Positions 18,688 through 28,197 are shown, counted from the stretch's first letter. The stretch: DNA of 64,000 bases from Bacillota bacterium (GCA_023623175.1 JAMNXU010000021.1:6912-70911); one strand, 5' to 3'. Numbers and translations: made by a program. The notes: generated by a model not told the origin, from the sequence alone.

Positions 18688-19368
18688 GTGCACAAGATTC
18701 TCGTAGTTGATGATGAACAGGCTATACGGGACCTGCTGGAAATTGTGCTGAAAAGGGAGCAGTTCCAGGTAGCCGCGGCTTCCGACGGGAAGTCGGCAAT
18801 GGCCCTGTTTGATTCATTTAATCCTGACCTTGTCCTGCTCGATCTCATGCTTCCCGATAAAAGCGGCCATGATTTGTGCAGGGAAATGACAAACAGGCGA
18901 AAAGTTCCGATAATAATGCTCACGGCCAAAAATGACGTGATTGACAAGGTTCTCGGCCTTGAGCTCGGAGCCGATGATTATATTACAAAACCTTTTGACA
19001 CGAGGGAATTAATCGCGCGTATAAAAGCCGTGCTGCGGCGCCTTCAAAAAAATGAGGGGGATAAAAAGGTTTTCCGGCATCTCGATCTCGAAGTGGACCT
19101 TGAAAACCGGACCGTGACGAAAAACGGAAAGCCCGTCGAACTGACGCTCAAGGAATACGAGCTTCTCGAGGTGTTCGCCAGGAACCCCCGCAAGGTATTC
19201 AGCCGCGAAGAACTGCTGCAGCAGGCATGGGGATATGATTTTATGGGCGATACCCGTGCCGTGGATATCTGTGTTACAAGATTGAGAAAAAAGATCGAGG
19301 ACAACAGCAGCAACCCCAGGCATATAATTACCGTATACGGATTCGGGTACCGGTTTGGGGGTGTCTGA
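18688..19368 (+). CDS. OmpR/PhoB family response regulator
   Basis: GTG start at 18688 is preceded by GGGAGGGA. Receiver domain ILVVDDEQ...LLDLMLPD and a winged-helix C-terminus (LTLKEYELLEVF, VYGFGYRF). The ORF-track start at 18541 adds 49 unlikely residues. Confidence 0.85.
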   Translation: MHKILVVDDEQAIRDLLEIVLKREQFQVAAASDGKSAMALFDSFNPDLVLLDLMLPDKSGHDLCREMTNRRKVPIIMLTAKNDVIDKVLGLELGADDYITKPFDTRELIARIKAVLRRLQKNEGDKKVFRHLDLEVDLENRTVTKNGKPVELTLKEYELLEVFARNPRKVFSREELLQQAWGYDFMGDTRAVDICVTRLRKKIEDNSSNPRHIITVYGFGYRFGGV

Positions 19369-19369
19369 A

Positions 19370-20758
19370 ATGAAGCTCAAGGAAAAGCTTGTCATATATT
19401 ACTTATCCGCCACCTTCATCATCCTGTTCTTTGTAGGTGTTGTCGCCCTCAAAGCAATCAAGAATCTCAGCATTAATACAATAGAAAAGCAGCTCATCGA
19501 TCAGAGCAGCCTCGCTGAACTGTACATCACACAGTTTCATACCGTGCAAAGTGAAAGCTCCGATGAACTGAGCAATGAAACTTCGCTGCATGTAATAGGA
19601 AAGCTCGGCCTCGTTCTGGGCAATATCTCCATATATGACAGGAGCCTGAACCTTTTGGCTTCTTCGAGGGACAATCCCGCCGGCGGCATCAGCGAATCGG
19701 AAAACCTTAAAATATTGAGCGAAGCCGCCAAAGGAAACCGTGCCTATCTGGTCAGAAACAGCACCGCCCATTTTGCATCGCCGATCACCTATGGCGGAAA
19801 CACAATCGGCATTCTCAAAATAGTTTACCCTTTGAGCTTCTTTGAAAGGCTTATTGCGGGAGTAGCAAATATCCTGTTCATCGGCACCTTCATATTCGCC
19901 GTGTCCATGATATTCATTAGCATTTACATTGCTTCGCGGCTGACGAAACCAATAAACCAACTCGCGGTGGCGGCCGACAAATATGCCAACAGGGTATTCA
20001 CTCCCGTTGAAATAAAGGGTTCCGATGAAATTGCCCGCCTTTCGCGCAGTTTTAACGCGATGGGCGAGCAACTCCAGGAATACATCCAAAGGCAGAAGCA
20101 GTTTGTCTCCAATGTATCCCATGAGCTCAGGACGCCGCTTACAGCCATAAAGGGCTACTCGGAGCTTCTTGCCGAGGAAATCGCGGACAGGCCCGACCTG
20201 CGGAAGGCGGTTTTCCATCTCAAGAATGAGTCCGACCGGCTTGCGGGGCTTGTGGATGAAGTATTGACGCTTTCGAGGCTTGAAACCGGCCGCGAGGAAT
20301 TTCGCCGGGAAAAGCTCGATTTTTCCGCCGTTGTCGCGGACATGGCGGATAAAATGCTGCTGCGCGCTCAAAAATACGGTATAAGGATAGCATCGGACAT
20401 CACTGCGGGTGTTTTCGTGAACGGCGACCGCGAAAAGCTCGTGCAGGTTATCGTGAACCTGCTCGACAATGCTTTTAAATATTCCCCTTCCGGTTCCACC
20501 GTGCGTTTAAAGTTATACAGGGAAAGCGATGAGGCAATACTCATGGTTTCCGACCAGGGCATAGGCATTCCCGAAAAGGACCGCGAAAAAGTTTTCGACC
20601 GATTCTACAGGGCTGAAAACGCCCGCGGAATCTCGGGAACCGGGCTCGGCCTTTCCATAGTAAAACACATTGTCGATGCCCACAACGGAACAATAAAGCT
20701 CGTTTCCGGCGTCGACAGCGGCACAACCGCAATACTCAGGCTCCCTGCTGAAAACTGA
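19370..20758 (+). CDS. sensor histidine kinase (two TM segments, HAMP, HisKA, HATPase_c)
   Basis: H-box SHELRTPL, N-box LLDNAFKYS, G-boxes DQGIGI and GTGLGLSIV. The ATG lies 1 nt after the regulator stop. Confidence 0.9.
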   Translation: MKLKEKLVIYYLSATFIILFFVGVVALKAIKNLSINTIEKQLIDQSSLAELYITQFHTVQSESSDELSNETSLHVIGKLGLVLGNISIYDRSLNLLASSRDNPAGGISESENLKILSEAAKGNRAYLVRNSTAHFASPITYGGNTIGILKIVYPLSFFERLIAGVANILFIGTFIFAVSMIFISIYIASRLTKPINQLAVAADKYANRVFTPVEIKGSDEIARLSRSFNAMGEQLQEYIQRQKQFVSNVSHELRTPLTAIKGYSELLAEEIADRPDLRKAVFHLKNESDRLAGLVDEVLTLSRLETGREEFRREKLDFSAVVADMADKMLLRAQKYGIRIASDITAGVFVNGDREKLVQVIVNLLDNAFKYSPSGSTVRLKLYRESDEAILMVSDQGIGIPEKDREKVFDRFYRAENARGISGTGLGLSIVKHIVDAHNGTIKLVSGVDSGTTAILRLPAEN

Positions 20759-20836
20759 ATTGTTACAACATCGAAACAAGTTTGAATGTAATTATGAAAC
20801 AAGAGGCTGATATGATATAAGCAAGACATGGGCAAC

Positions 20837-20879
20837 GGGACACGGGGACAACGGGACACGGGGACGGTTCTCCTGTCCC
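20837..20879. repeat. GC-rich palindromic dispersed repeat (GGGACACGGGGA family), 1.5 copies
   Basis: GGGACACGGGGACAACGGGACACGGGGACGGTTCTCCTGTCCC. The same motif recurs at 27420, 47515 and 47615, partially at 45922, and in degenerate form at 14551. Confidence 0.85.
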
Positions 20880-21099
20880 AATTGAAAAAAGGGAATAGAA
20901 GGCAGGGACATGGAACAGTTCTTTGCCCCCAACTAAAGTAAAAAACGAAAATAAGAAGCGAACTACTCAGTATGCAAACTTAATGGAAGCAGGCAGGAGA
21001 ACCGGCAAAACAGCATCAAAACAAGTATCAAGACAAGTACCAGAACAAGTGTCGCTACAAGTTTTAACAAAACCATTTTTCACAGGGAGGAATTTTTTT

Positions 21100-21849
21100 A
21101 TGAAGAGAAAACTGTCAGTCATACTTTTGATTTTTGCATTAATTTCCGCACTGGCGGCGTGCACAGCGCTGCAGCTGGATACGGACAAAATAAGGATTAT
21201 TGACAGGCAGGATTCCGGCGGGGAGCAGACTGGCACAGGCACGCAGGATAAAGGCAAGGATACGGAAAAGAACAAGGATAAAGGCTCACAGAAGAGCGAC
21301 CTTGATGACAAGGGAGACATGCTCCAGGAAGACACCGAAGAATACATCAAAGGTATAATCGAAGAAAGGTCCATGGAAATCCTGACAGCAATAAAAAATT
21401 TCGACATGGAGAAACTTGCCGCCGCAGTTCATCCTGACAAGGGCGTGCGCTTCTCGCCGTACGGATATGTTGAAGTAGACAAAGACCTTGTGTTCACCGC
21501 GGACGAAGTAAAAAACCTGGCAAACGACTCCAAGACATACCTCTGGGGATACTACGATGGTTCCGGCGAGCCTATAACGCTGACCTTCCGCGACTATTAC
21601 AGGAGATTCATCTATGACGCTGACTTTGTAAACGCCGACCAGGTCGGTTACAATAAGCAGCTGGGCCACGGGAATACCATCAACAACAGCTTTGAGGTTT
21701 ACAAAAATTCGATCATTGTTGAATACCACTTCCCCGAAATCGATCCCAAGTACGAGGGTATGGACTGGAGAAGCCTCAGGCTCGTCTTTGAAAAGAAAAA
21801 CGACATATGGTACCTGGTCGGAGTAATCCACGACGAATGGACGATCTAA
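21100..21849 (+). CDS. lipoprotein of unknown function
   Basis: An internal ATG follows the GGGAGG RBS. Signal peptide MKRKLSVILLIFALISALAAC (lipobox), then a Lys/Asp-rich linker and a globular domain. The longer ORF-track start (20923) is unlikely. Confidence 0.75.
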   Translation: MKRKLSVILLIFALISALAACTALQLDTDKIRIIDRQDSGGEQTGTGTQDKGKDTEKNKDKGSQKSDLDDKGDMLQEDTEEYIKGIIEERSMEILTAIKNFDMEKLAAAVHPDKGVRFSPYGYVEVDKDLVFTADEVKNLANDSKTYLWGYYDGSGEPITLTFRDYYRRFIYDADFVNADQVGYNKQLGHGNTINNSFEVYKNSIIVEYHFPEIDPKYEGMDWRSLRLVFEKKNDIWYLVGVIHDEWTI

Positions 21850-21959
21850 GATATACAAGGACTTTGATATACGAGGACTTTGGAACTGTCTCCAAAGTCC
21901 TTTTTCCGGCTTAATAGATTCTGTTGCAGGAACGAAATCCTGGATTGTATGATGCAAGC

Positions 21960-22440
21960 ATTGTTAATCCGGATTTTAAAAGCAACTGTTTTTATAAGGA
22001 TATCGGACAAAGAGGTTATACTGCCGCTGATTAGGTCTTTGCTTTGATTAATGGTCAGCAGTACATCATTATTTTTCGGATCATCAAAAAAGAAGGAGTC
22101 TATCTCTGCTATTTTGCACATAATTTCCTTATCAACATATGTGGATTTATTCTTTATATTTTCGGAGACGGCATACTTGAGATTATTCAATAACGAGGGA
22201 TGACATTGATTGCCAGATATATTCCGAGAAGCAACCACAGGGAACTGTCACCGGATCGGCGCGTGTATATATCCGTTAACCGGTTGATTATCAGCTGCCA
22301 AAGCCATACGCTTATCAGCGGAATTGAATTAATCAGGCCGGTAATCAAAAAATACAGCCTTCCCTGCACAGCGTAATTAATCGTCGTTTCTGAAATCAGC
22401 CATGTTAAGTACGCGTTAGATATTATACCGGTATTCCTGG
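21960..22440 (-). pseudogene. frameshifted, truncated remnant of an ABC exporter transmembrane domain
   Basis: Two adjacent frames (ORFs 22187-22369 and 21846-22238) together read like the TM1-TM3/ICL1 region of type I ABC exporters (..LLLGIYLAINVI / SLLNNLKYAVSENIKNKSTYVDKEIMCKIAEIDSFFFDDPKNNDVL..). There is no start codon and no ATPase domain, and the segment is AT-rich. Confidence 0.45.
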
Positions 22441-22445
22441 AAGCG

Positions 22446-23534
22446 TCATGCCACGATCATCAGCAAAGTGCCGGCTGTAATAAGGCACAGTCCGATAGCA
22501 GCCTTTGTTGACAGTTTCTCACCGAATACAAAATACGAAAAGGCGACCGTTACCAGGATGCTCAGCTTGTCAATAGGCACCACGATGCTCGCAAGCCCGT
22601 CCTTTAATGCTTTATAATAACAAAGCCATGAGCCTCCCGTTGCCAGTCCTGAAGCGCAGATAAAGCCCAGTTCCCCTGTCGGAATCTTTCTTACCTCGTG
22701 CTGCTTTCCGCTTACAAATACAACGACCCACGCCATTATCAGCACCACGATGTTGCGGATGGCAGTTCCGAGATTTGATTCCACTCCCGAGATGCCTATT
22801 TTCCCGAGGATCGTCGTAAGGCTTGCAAAAACCGCCGACATCAGGGCATAGATCAGCCAGGCTCTTTCATTGGGCTTTCTGGATCTTCCGGAAATGGATT
22901 CTCCATCCTTTTTCAATTTCACAACCTTTTCTGTTACTCCTGTTTTCCCTGATTCTTCAAGCTTTTCTAATCCCGCGGACTTATCTGTTTCTCCGGTCTT
23001 TACAGTTTCTCTGCTTTCTTCCAGTAAGCCGGTCTTTTCGGACTTCCCGGAGTTTTCTGAATTTTCGGAATTTTTTGATTCTCTCGACTTTTCCGTATCA
23101 TCGCCCGGATTGACTTTCTTTTTCTGTACCATCATGTATGTACCGATCCCGATCATTACAACGGCGAATATTTTTGCCGCATTGACCTTCTCATTCAGCA
23201 GTATGAATGCAAGGATTATCGTCAGGATAATGCTCGATTTGTCCACGGACACAACCTTGTTGACATTTCCAAGCTGAAGCGCCTTAAAATAGCACAGCCA
23301 TGACGCCCCGGTCGCAAACCCCGACAATATTAAGAATATCCATGCCGTTGCATCAACTTCGGCCAGCGTGGTTTGCGAACCGACAATGAATACCATTATC
23401 CAGGAAAATAAAAGAACCACGATAGTGCGAATTGCCGTCGCTACATTCGAATCAGTGGTTCTGATACCGCATTTTGCAAGAATGGAAGTCAGGCCGGCAA
23501 ACAGCGCCGAACCGAAGGCATATACCAACCACAC
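22446..23534 (-). CDS. DMT/EamA family transporter: two EamA half-domains joined by a ~95-aa charged low-complexity linker
   Basis: 362 aa. Residues 1-137 and 235-362 are mutually similar 4-5-TM EamA units (LAKCGI.. / LGKIGI.., WLCYFKAL / WLCYYKAL). The linker is KKKVNPGDDTEKSRESKNSENSENSGKSEKTG... Confidence 0.75.
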   Translation of the reverse strand: MWLVYAFGSALFAGLTSILAKCGIRTTDSNVATAIRTIVVLLFSWIMVFIVGSQTTLAEVDATAWIFLILSGFATGASWLCYFKALQLGNVNKVVSVDKSSIILTIILAFILLNEKVNAAKIFAVVMIGIGTYMMVQKKKVNPGDDTEKSRESKNSENSENSGKSEKTGLLEESRETVKTGETDKSAGLEKLEESGKTGVTEKVVKLKKDGESISGRSRKPNERAWLIYALMSAVFASLTTILGKIGISGVESNLGTAIRNIVVLIMAWVVVFVSGKQHEVRKIPTGELGFICASGLATGGSWLCYYKALKDGLASIVVPIDKLSILVTVAFSYFVFGEKLSTKAAIGLCLITAGTLLMIVA

Positions 23535-23553
23535 AGCTGTTCCCTCTTCCCGC

Positions 23554-24000
23554 TCAAATTGAATTCAAAAAATCCTGTTTCTCCAGTATCATCGGCGTAA
23601 CGGAATCTCCGAAGAAATCCACGGGTTCTCCGACGACCTTGCCGCCGAGCTTTTTTAAAATGCCAACGGTGATGTCCCTTGCCTCAATATATATTTTGTC
23701 GGCACCAAGACTGAAAATTTCGCCAAGCGTGAACACGGCCAGTTTTTTACCAATGCCCATTCCGCGAAGTTTTTTGTCAACGGCGAACCTTCCCCAGTGC
23801 CATTGGTCCTTTTCAATCCATCCGGCCGCCACGCCGACCATTTCTGTATCTATTCTTGCATACCACCACACCGGTTTCAAGTCTTCATTTATATCATGCA
23901 GCTCGGCCGGGATGTTCTGTTCTCCCGTAAACACTTCTTTCAGAAGCCGGAGCGCTTCTTCCTTTCGTTCCCTGGGCATCCTTTCAACAACGACATCCAA
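23554..24000 (-). CDS. GNAT family N-acetyltransferase
   Basis: 148 aa. Acetyl-CoA motif A is KKLRGMGIGKKL. Confidence 0.75.
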   Translation of the reverse strand: MDVVVERMPRERKEEALRLLKEVFTGEQNIPAELHDINEDLKPVWWYARIDTEMVGVAAGWIEKDQWHWGRFAVDKKLRGMGIGKKLAVFTLGEIFSLGADKIYIEARDITVGILKKLGGKVVGEPVDFFGDSVTPMILEKQDFLNSI

Positions 24001-24138
24001 GTTGGTTACTTCCTTTCTTCTATAAAATATTAATCATAAATATTAATATTTTAATATTGCATTTCCTGTATTAACATTTGATATAGCATTTCCTGTTTTA
24101 GATCCCGAATTTGGCATTTTACATAGTTTTTGCAGTAT

Positions 24139-24807
24139 TTACAAGCCCAGCAGCATTTTAGATCCGCTGCCTATAAAGTATATTGAAAACACCACGAGGA
24201 ATAATCCCAGTATTAAAACCATCCTGTGATATCCTGCGCTGCCCACGAGTTTCTTTCCCCTTGAGAATGCAGCAGACATTGCCGTGTACCACACCAGGTC
24301 AGCCAGGATATGCCCGGTGAAAAATATCAAAACGCCGATAATCCCTGCCGCAAAGGCACGGCGTATCGACTCTGTCCCCGTAGTCGCCCACCATAATATA
24401 AAATAAGGATTAGTGGCGCTTACAAGCACCCCGGCGAGTACCAGGTTGTTTTCCATCACTCCTCTTTTTCCCGATGGGTTATTTTCCCGGCTAATGCTAT
24501 TTTCCTGGGTTACGGACTTTTTTATACCTGATTTAATCATCCCGCAGCCCATCCATGCGAGAAAAGCGCCGCCGAAAAGCCCGATGAATCCTGCAACGGT
24601 CGGGTTGGAAAAGAAATCTTTAAGTCCGAAAGTCATGGTTAAAATCAGCACAAGTTCAAGGATTCCATGGCCCAATACTATCCTCGGCCCTGCTGTCCAT
24701 CCCTTTCTGAGACTGCCGTCAATGGTCACTCCCAGCATCGGTCCGGGCATCATTGCGCCTGAAAAGGCTATTGAAAACGCGCCGATGAAGATTATCCATA
24801 AGTCCAT
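24139..24807 (-). CDS. LysE/RhtB family amino-acid exporter
   Basis: 222 aa. N-terminal motif SGAMMPGPM and six predicted TM segments, with a hydrophilic central insert. Confidence 0.7.
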   Translation of the reverse strand: MDLWIIFIGAFSIAFSGAMMPGPMLGVTIDGSLRKGWTAGPRIVLGHGILELVLILTMTFGLKDFFSNPTVAGFIGLFGGAFLAWMGCGMIKSGIKKSVTQENSISRENNPSGKRGVMENNLVLAGVLVSATNPYFILWWATTGTESIRRAFAAGIIGVLIFFTGHILADLVWYTAMSAAFSRGKKLVGSAGYHRMVLILGLFLVVFSIYFIGSGSKMLLGL

Positions 24808-24837
24808 TCAAATTACTCCCTTTGCAACTTCTTTTGC

Positions 24838-25488
24838 TCACCTTCTCCTGCGCAGTTCATTGTAAATATCATCGAGAGATATTCCCTGTTCAACCAAAAG
24901 TACAAACAGGTGGTACAACAAATCCGCCGTTTCATATATAACTTCGCCGGGTGCTCGGTTTTTGGCTGCGATTATTGTTTCGGCAGCTTCTTCGCCCAAT
25001 TTTTTCAGTATCTTGTCGATGCCCTTATCAAACAGGTAGTTTGTGTAGGAACCTTCTTTTGGATTCTGCCTGCGGTCGACGATTACCCGGTAAAGCTCAT
25101 CCAGGATTTCAGCGCCGTTTGCCGCGACTTTATTTTCGCCGCAGGCTGTTTCCTTTAATTCAAGATGCTCCCCGTCCTTCACCAGGTTCCTGTAAAAACA
25201 CGACCTGGCTCCCGTATGGCACGCGGGTCCATGCTGTTTTACCTTTACAAGCAGCGTATCCCCGTCACAGTCCGCGGTGATTTCGCGGATTTCCTGCCAG
25301 TGGCCGGAAGTCTCCCCCTTCATCCAGAGCTTCTGCCGGCTCCTGCTCCAGAAGTGGGTTTTCCCGGTTTCCAGGCTCCTTTTCAGCGATTCTTCATTCA
25401 TATAGGCCACCATCAGGACTTCGCCCGTTTCCACGTCCTGTACGACCGCCGGAATTAATCCGTTGACGTCAAATTTCAGTTCTGTCAT
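24838..25488 (-). CDS. hisIE: bifunctional phosphoribosyl-AMP cyclohydrolase / phosphoribosyl-ATP pyrophosphatase
   Basis: 216 aa. HisI block [22 protein letters not shown] and HisE block LGEEAAE...E.ADLLYH. Confidence 0.95.
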   Translation of the reverse strand: MTELKFDVNGLIPAVVQDVETGEVLMVAYMNEESLKRSLETGKTHFWSRSRQKLWMKGETSGHWQEIREITADCDGDTLLVKVKQHGPACHTGARSCFYRNLVKDGEHLELKETACGENKVAANGAEILDELYRVIVDRRQNPKEGSYTNYLFDKGIDKILKKLGEEAAETIIAAKNRAPGEVIYETADLLYHLFVLLVEQGISLDDIYNELRRRR

Positions 25489-25654
25489 TTGCGGTTGCTC
25501 CTTTTCATAACTTCTTTTTTCCTGATTTTATACCTGGTTATATTTCTGAAAATGAAAATCTTTAAAACTCCCGTTATTCCAGGCTTCTAAATTCTGACTT
25601 TATGTATTCCTTTATATCCCTTTTGCTTTTTTCTTACTTTTCTTTATCATTTTT

Positions 25655-26413
25655 TCACTTTCTCACCGGGATGCCCCGCTTGCTCAGGTAATCCTTGAGC
25701 TGCGCAATCTCCACCTCGCGATAATGGAAAAGCGAAGCTGCAAGGACTGCGTCGGCCTTTCCGTCCACTATTACATCGTAGAAATGCTCGGGTTTTCCCG
25801 CTCCGCCCGACGCAATTACAGGTATTTTAACGCTTTCCGCCACTGCACGGGTTAATTCAATGTCATACCCGTTTTTTGTTCCGTCGGCATCCATGCTCGT
25901 CAAAAGTATTTCGCCCGCTCCCAGCTTTTCCGCTTCCACGGCCCACTCCACTACATCTTTCCCGGTGTTCTCCCGTCCGCCTTTTATGTAAACATCCCAG
26001 CAGCCTTCTGTCCTTTTCTTTGCATCAATAGCAACAACGATTCGTTGGCTTCCGAATTTCCCGGCCGCTTCAGAAATCAACCGGGGATTTGCAACCGCAG
26101 CAGAGCCGATGGACACCTTGTCGGCCCCTACATTCAGGATGTCCTGTACGTCTGAAATCTCCCGAATTCCCCCGCCGACTGTCAGCGGTATAGAAATCTT
26201 CTCCGCGGCCTTGCTGATAACATCAACCATGGTTTTACGGTTCTCGGCAGTAGCAGATATGTCCAGAAAAACAAGCTCATCGGCGCCTGCGCTGTCATAA
26301 GCCCTGGCTATTTCCGCGGGATCCCCGGCATCCCTGAGATTTTCAAAGTTGACGCCCTTTACGACTCTTCCCCTGTAAAGATCAAGGCATGGAATTATTC
26401 TCACGGTTTTCAT
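25655..26413 (-). CDS. hisF: imidazole glycerol phosphate synthase cyclase subunit
   Basis: 252 aa. [15 protein letters not shown] and TSMDADGT motifs. Confidence 0.95.
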   Translation of the reverse strand: MKTVRIIPCLDLYRGRVVKGVNFENLRDAGDPAEIARAYDSAGADELVFLDISATAENRKTMVDVISKAAEKISIPLTVGGGIREISDVQDILNVGADKVSIGSAAVANPRLISEAAGKFGSQRIVVAIDAKKRTEGCWDVYIKGGRENTGKDVVEWAVEAEKLGAGEILLTSMDADGTKNGYDIELTRAVAESVKIPVIASGGAGKPEHFYDVIVDGKADAVLAASLFHYREVEIAQLKDYLSKRGIPVRK

Positions 26414-26567
26414 TGACTGTCTTCCTTTCCCCGTTGCAGTACAGCGTTTCAGCGCTGTTAACTCAGCGTTATTAACTTAAATATTTTATAAACTAAATCG
26501 CATTTTCGGCATAATTGGTTTTCAGCACATTATAAACTGCATTTCAGCGTATGGATGATCAACCCGG

Positions 26568-26680
26568 TTGCATTGCAGTTAATACATTGCAGTTATTTAT
26601 TTTTATTCAGGGCAGTTGTTTATTCTTTTCCAGGCAGTTGTTTTTCTTATTCAGGCAATTGATTATTTTTATTCAGGTAT
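26568..26680. repeat. degenerate tandem repeats (~20 nt, ATTCAGGCAGTTGTTT-like, about 6 units) in the hisA-hisF spacer
   Basis: CATTGCAGTTAATA / CATTGCAGTTATTT.. / TTCAGGGCAGTTGTTT.. / CCAGGCAGTTGTTT.. / TTCAGGCAATTGATT.. / TTCAGGTATTTATTC, read directly. Confidence 0.7.
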
Positions 26681-27397
26681 TTATTCATACCCAAGCGCCT
26701 CGGCCAGGTCCACGGCCCCCGTGTACAGGGCCTTCCCAATAATCACACCGGCCGCCCCGGAATTTTTAATATTTATTACATCCCGGATATCCTTTACGCC
26801 CCCGGATGCTATGACATTCAGCCCGGTTTCGCAGATCATCCTTTTCGTAGCTTCTATATTGGGTCCCGTCATCATTCCGTCGCGCGAAATGTCTGTATAA
26901 ATAATGGTATCTATCCCGAGTTCTTTAAGTTTCCTGGCCAGTTCGACGGCGTCGATGCCGCTTTGCTCCACCCATCCCCTGACGGCAACAATGCCGTCTT
27001 TGGCGTCTATTCCCGCCACTATCCTGTTTCCGTACCGGGAAACCGCCCGTGAAACCAACTCCTGGTTTTCCACGGCCGATGTGCCGAGTATTACCCTCCG
27101 GGCACCGATTTTTTCAAGGTAATATTCGATTTTCTCCATGGAGCGGATTCCTCCGCCTACCTGCACCGGGACTGAAACGCTGCGGATAACGTTTTCGATA
27201 ACCTCCATGTTGACGGCGCTCTCGCTAAACGCCCCGTCCAGGTCAACAACATGGAGATACTTCGCTCCCATGCTCTCCCACTTTCTTGCCATATCTGCCG
27301 GGGAATCGCTGTAAACTGTCTGTTCACTCTCTTTCCCCTGGAGCAGCCTGACACATTTCCCGTTTTTAATATCTATTGCAGGATAAATTATCATCAA
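26681..27397 (-). CDS. hisA: ProFAR isomerase
   Basis: 238 aa. IIYPAIDIKNGKCVRL and VQVGGGIRS motifs. Confidence 0.95.
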   Translation of the reverse strand: MMIIYPAIDIKNGKCVRLLQGKESEQTVYSDSPADMARKWESMGAKYLHVVDLDGAFSESAVNMEVIENVIRSVSVPVQVGGGIRSMEKIEYYLEKIGARRVILGTSAVENQELVSRAVSRYGNRIVAGIDAKDGIVAVRGWVEQSGIDAVELARKLKELGIDTIIYTDISRDGMMTGPNIEATKRMICETGLNVIASGGVKDIRDVINIKNSGAAGVIIGKALYTGAVDLAEALGYE

Positions 27398-27419
27398 TCC
27401 ATTCCTCCTTACGCGGACT

Positions 27420-27447
27420 GGGACACGGGGAACCGTCCCCGTGTCCC
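27420..27447. repeat. perfect palindrome of the GGGACACGGGGA repeat family (12-bp stem, ACCG loop)
   Basis: GGGACACGGGGA-ACCG-TCCCCGTGTCCC lies in the 60-bp hisB-hisA spacer. Confidence 0.9.
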
Positions 27448-27457
27448 ACGTGTACCA

Positions 27458-28048
27458 TTAGTCGATTATACCTTTTGTGGAAGGTACCGCGCCGGTGCGC
27501 GGATCCGTTGAAACGGCCGCCCCCAGGGCCCTCGCCAGCGCCTTGAAAACAGCTTCAATTATGTGATGCGTGTTTTTGCCGTGGAATACCTTTACATGCA
27601 GCGCGATGCCCGCGTGGACGGCAAAAGCTCTCAGGAATTCCTCGAGCAGCTCGGTGTCAAAACTTCCCACCATGGGAGCCATTTCGGGCAATTCACAGTG
27701 TAAGAACGGCCTGCCGCTTATATCAACCGAAACCAGCGCAAGCGCTTCATCCATAGGCAATATGAATGATCCAAAGCGTGCGATTCCGCTTTTATCCCCC
27801 AAAGCCCTGCCAAAGGCCTTTCCCAAAACAATGCCGAAATCTTCGACTACATGATGTCCGTCCACATAAAGGTCTCCGCTGCATGAACCCGTTATGTCGA
27901 ATCCTCCATGGGCTGCAATAATCGCAACCATGTGGTCAAAAAAGCCTATTCCCGTCCGGATATTGCACTGCCCGCTTCCGTCGAGGTTAACGCTTAAAGA
28001 TATTTCCGTTTCATTGGATTTACGCTCAACTTGTGCTACCCTTGGCAC
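27458..28048 (-). CDS. hisB: imidazoleglycerol-phosphate dehydratase
   Basis: 196 aa. HisB signatures TGIGFFDHM and DGHHVVED. Confidence 0.95.
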   Translation of the reverse strand: MPRVAQVERKSNETEISLSVNLDGSGQCNIRTGIGFFDHMVAIIAAHGGFDITGSCSGDLYVDGHHVVEDFGIVLGKAFGRALGDKSGIARFGSFILPMDEALALVSVDISGRPFLHCELPEMAPMVGSFDTELLEEFLRAFAVHAGIALHVKVFHGKNTHHIIEAVFKALARALGAAVSTDPRTGAVPSTKGIID

Positions 28049-28092
28049 CCAGACCAGCCCCCTTCATAATCCTTCAAAAGTCTTATTACCTG

Positions 28093-28197
28093 ATTAACTC
28101 CAATTCCATTAACCCTTATTTCATTAACCCTTATTCCATTGGCCTTTACTTCATCAATCTTTACTACATCAGTCTTGACTTCATCATGCTTTACTTC
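28093..28197. repeat. seven tandem 15-bp repeats in the hisC-hisB spacer
   Basis: ATTAACTCCAATTCC / ATTAACCCTTATTTC / ATTAACCCTTATTCC / ATTGGCCTTTACTTC / ATCAATCTTTACTAC / ATCAGTCTTGACTTC / ATCATGCTTTACTTC. Confidence 0.85.

Noticed and set aside
19403-20371. A 322-aa minus-strand ORF.
   Set aside because: It is entirely antisense to the histidine kinase, which has unmistakable H, N and G boxes. The same reasoning applies to the long antisense ORFs at 12136-12906, 43588-44391, 49583-50404, 21286-21957, 60469-61113 and 63166-63798.
28093-28197. The tandem repeats here and at 26568-26680 and 9409-9474, considered as CRISPR arrays.
   Set aside because: The units are 15-20 bp and directly abutting, with no unique spacers, and no cas genes are present in the window.
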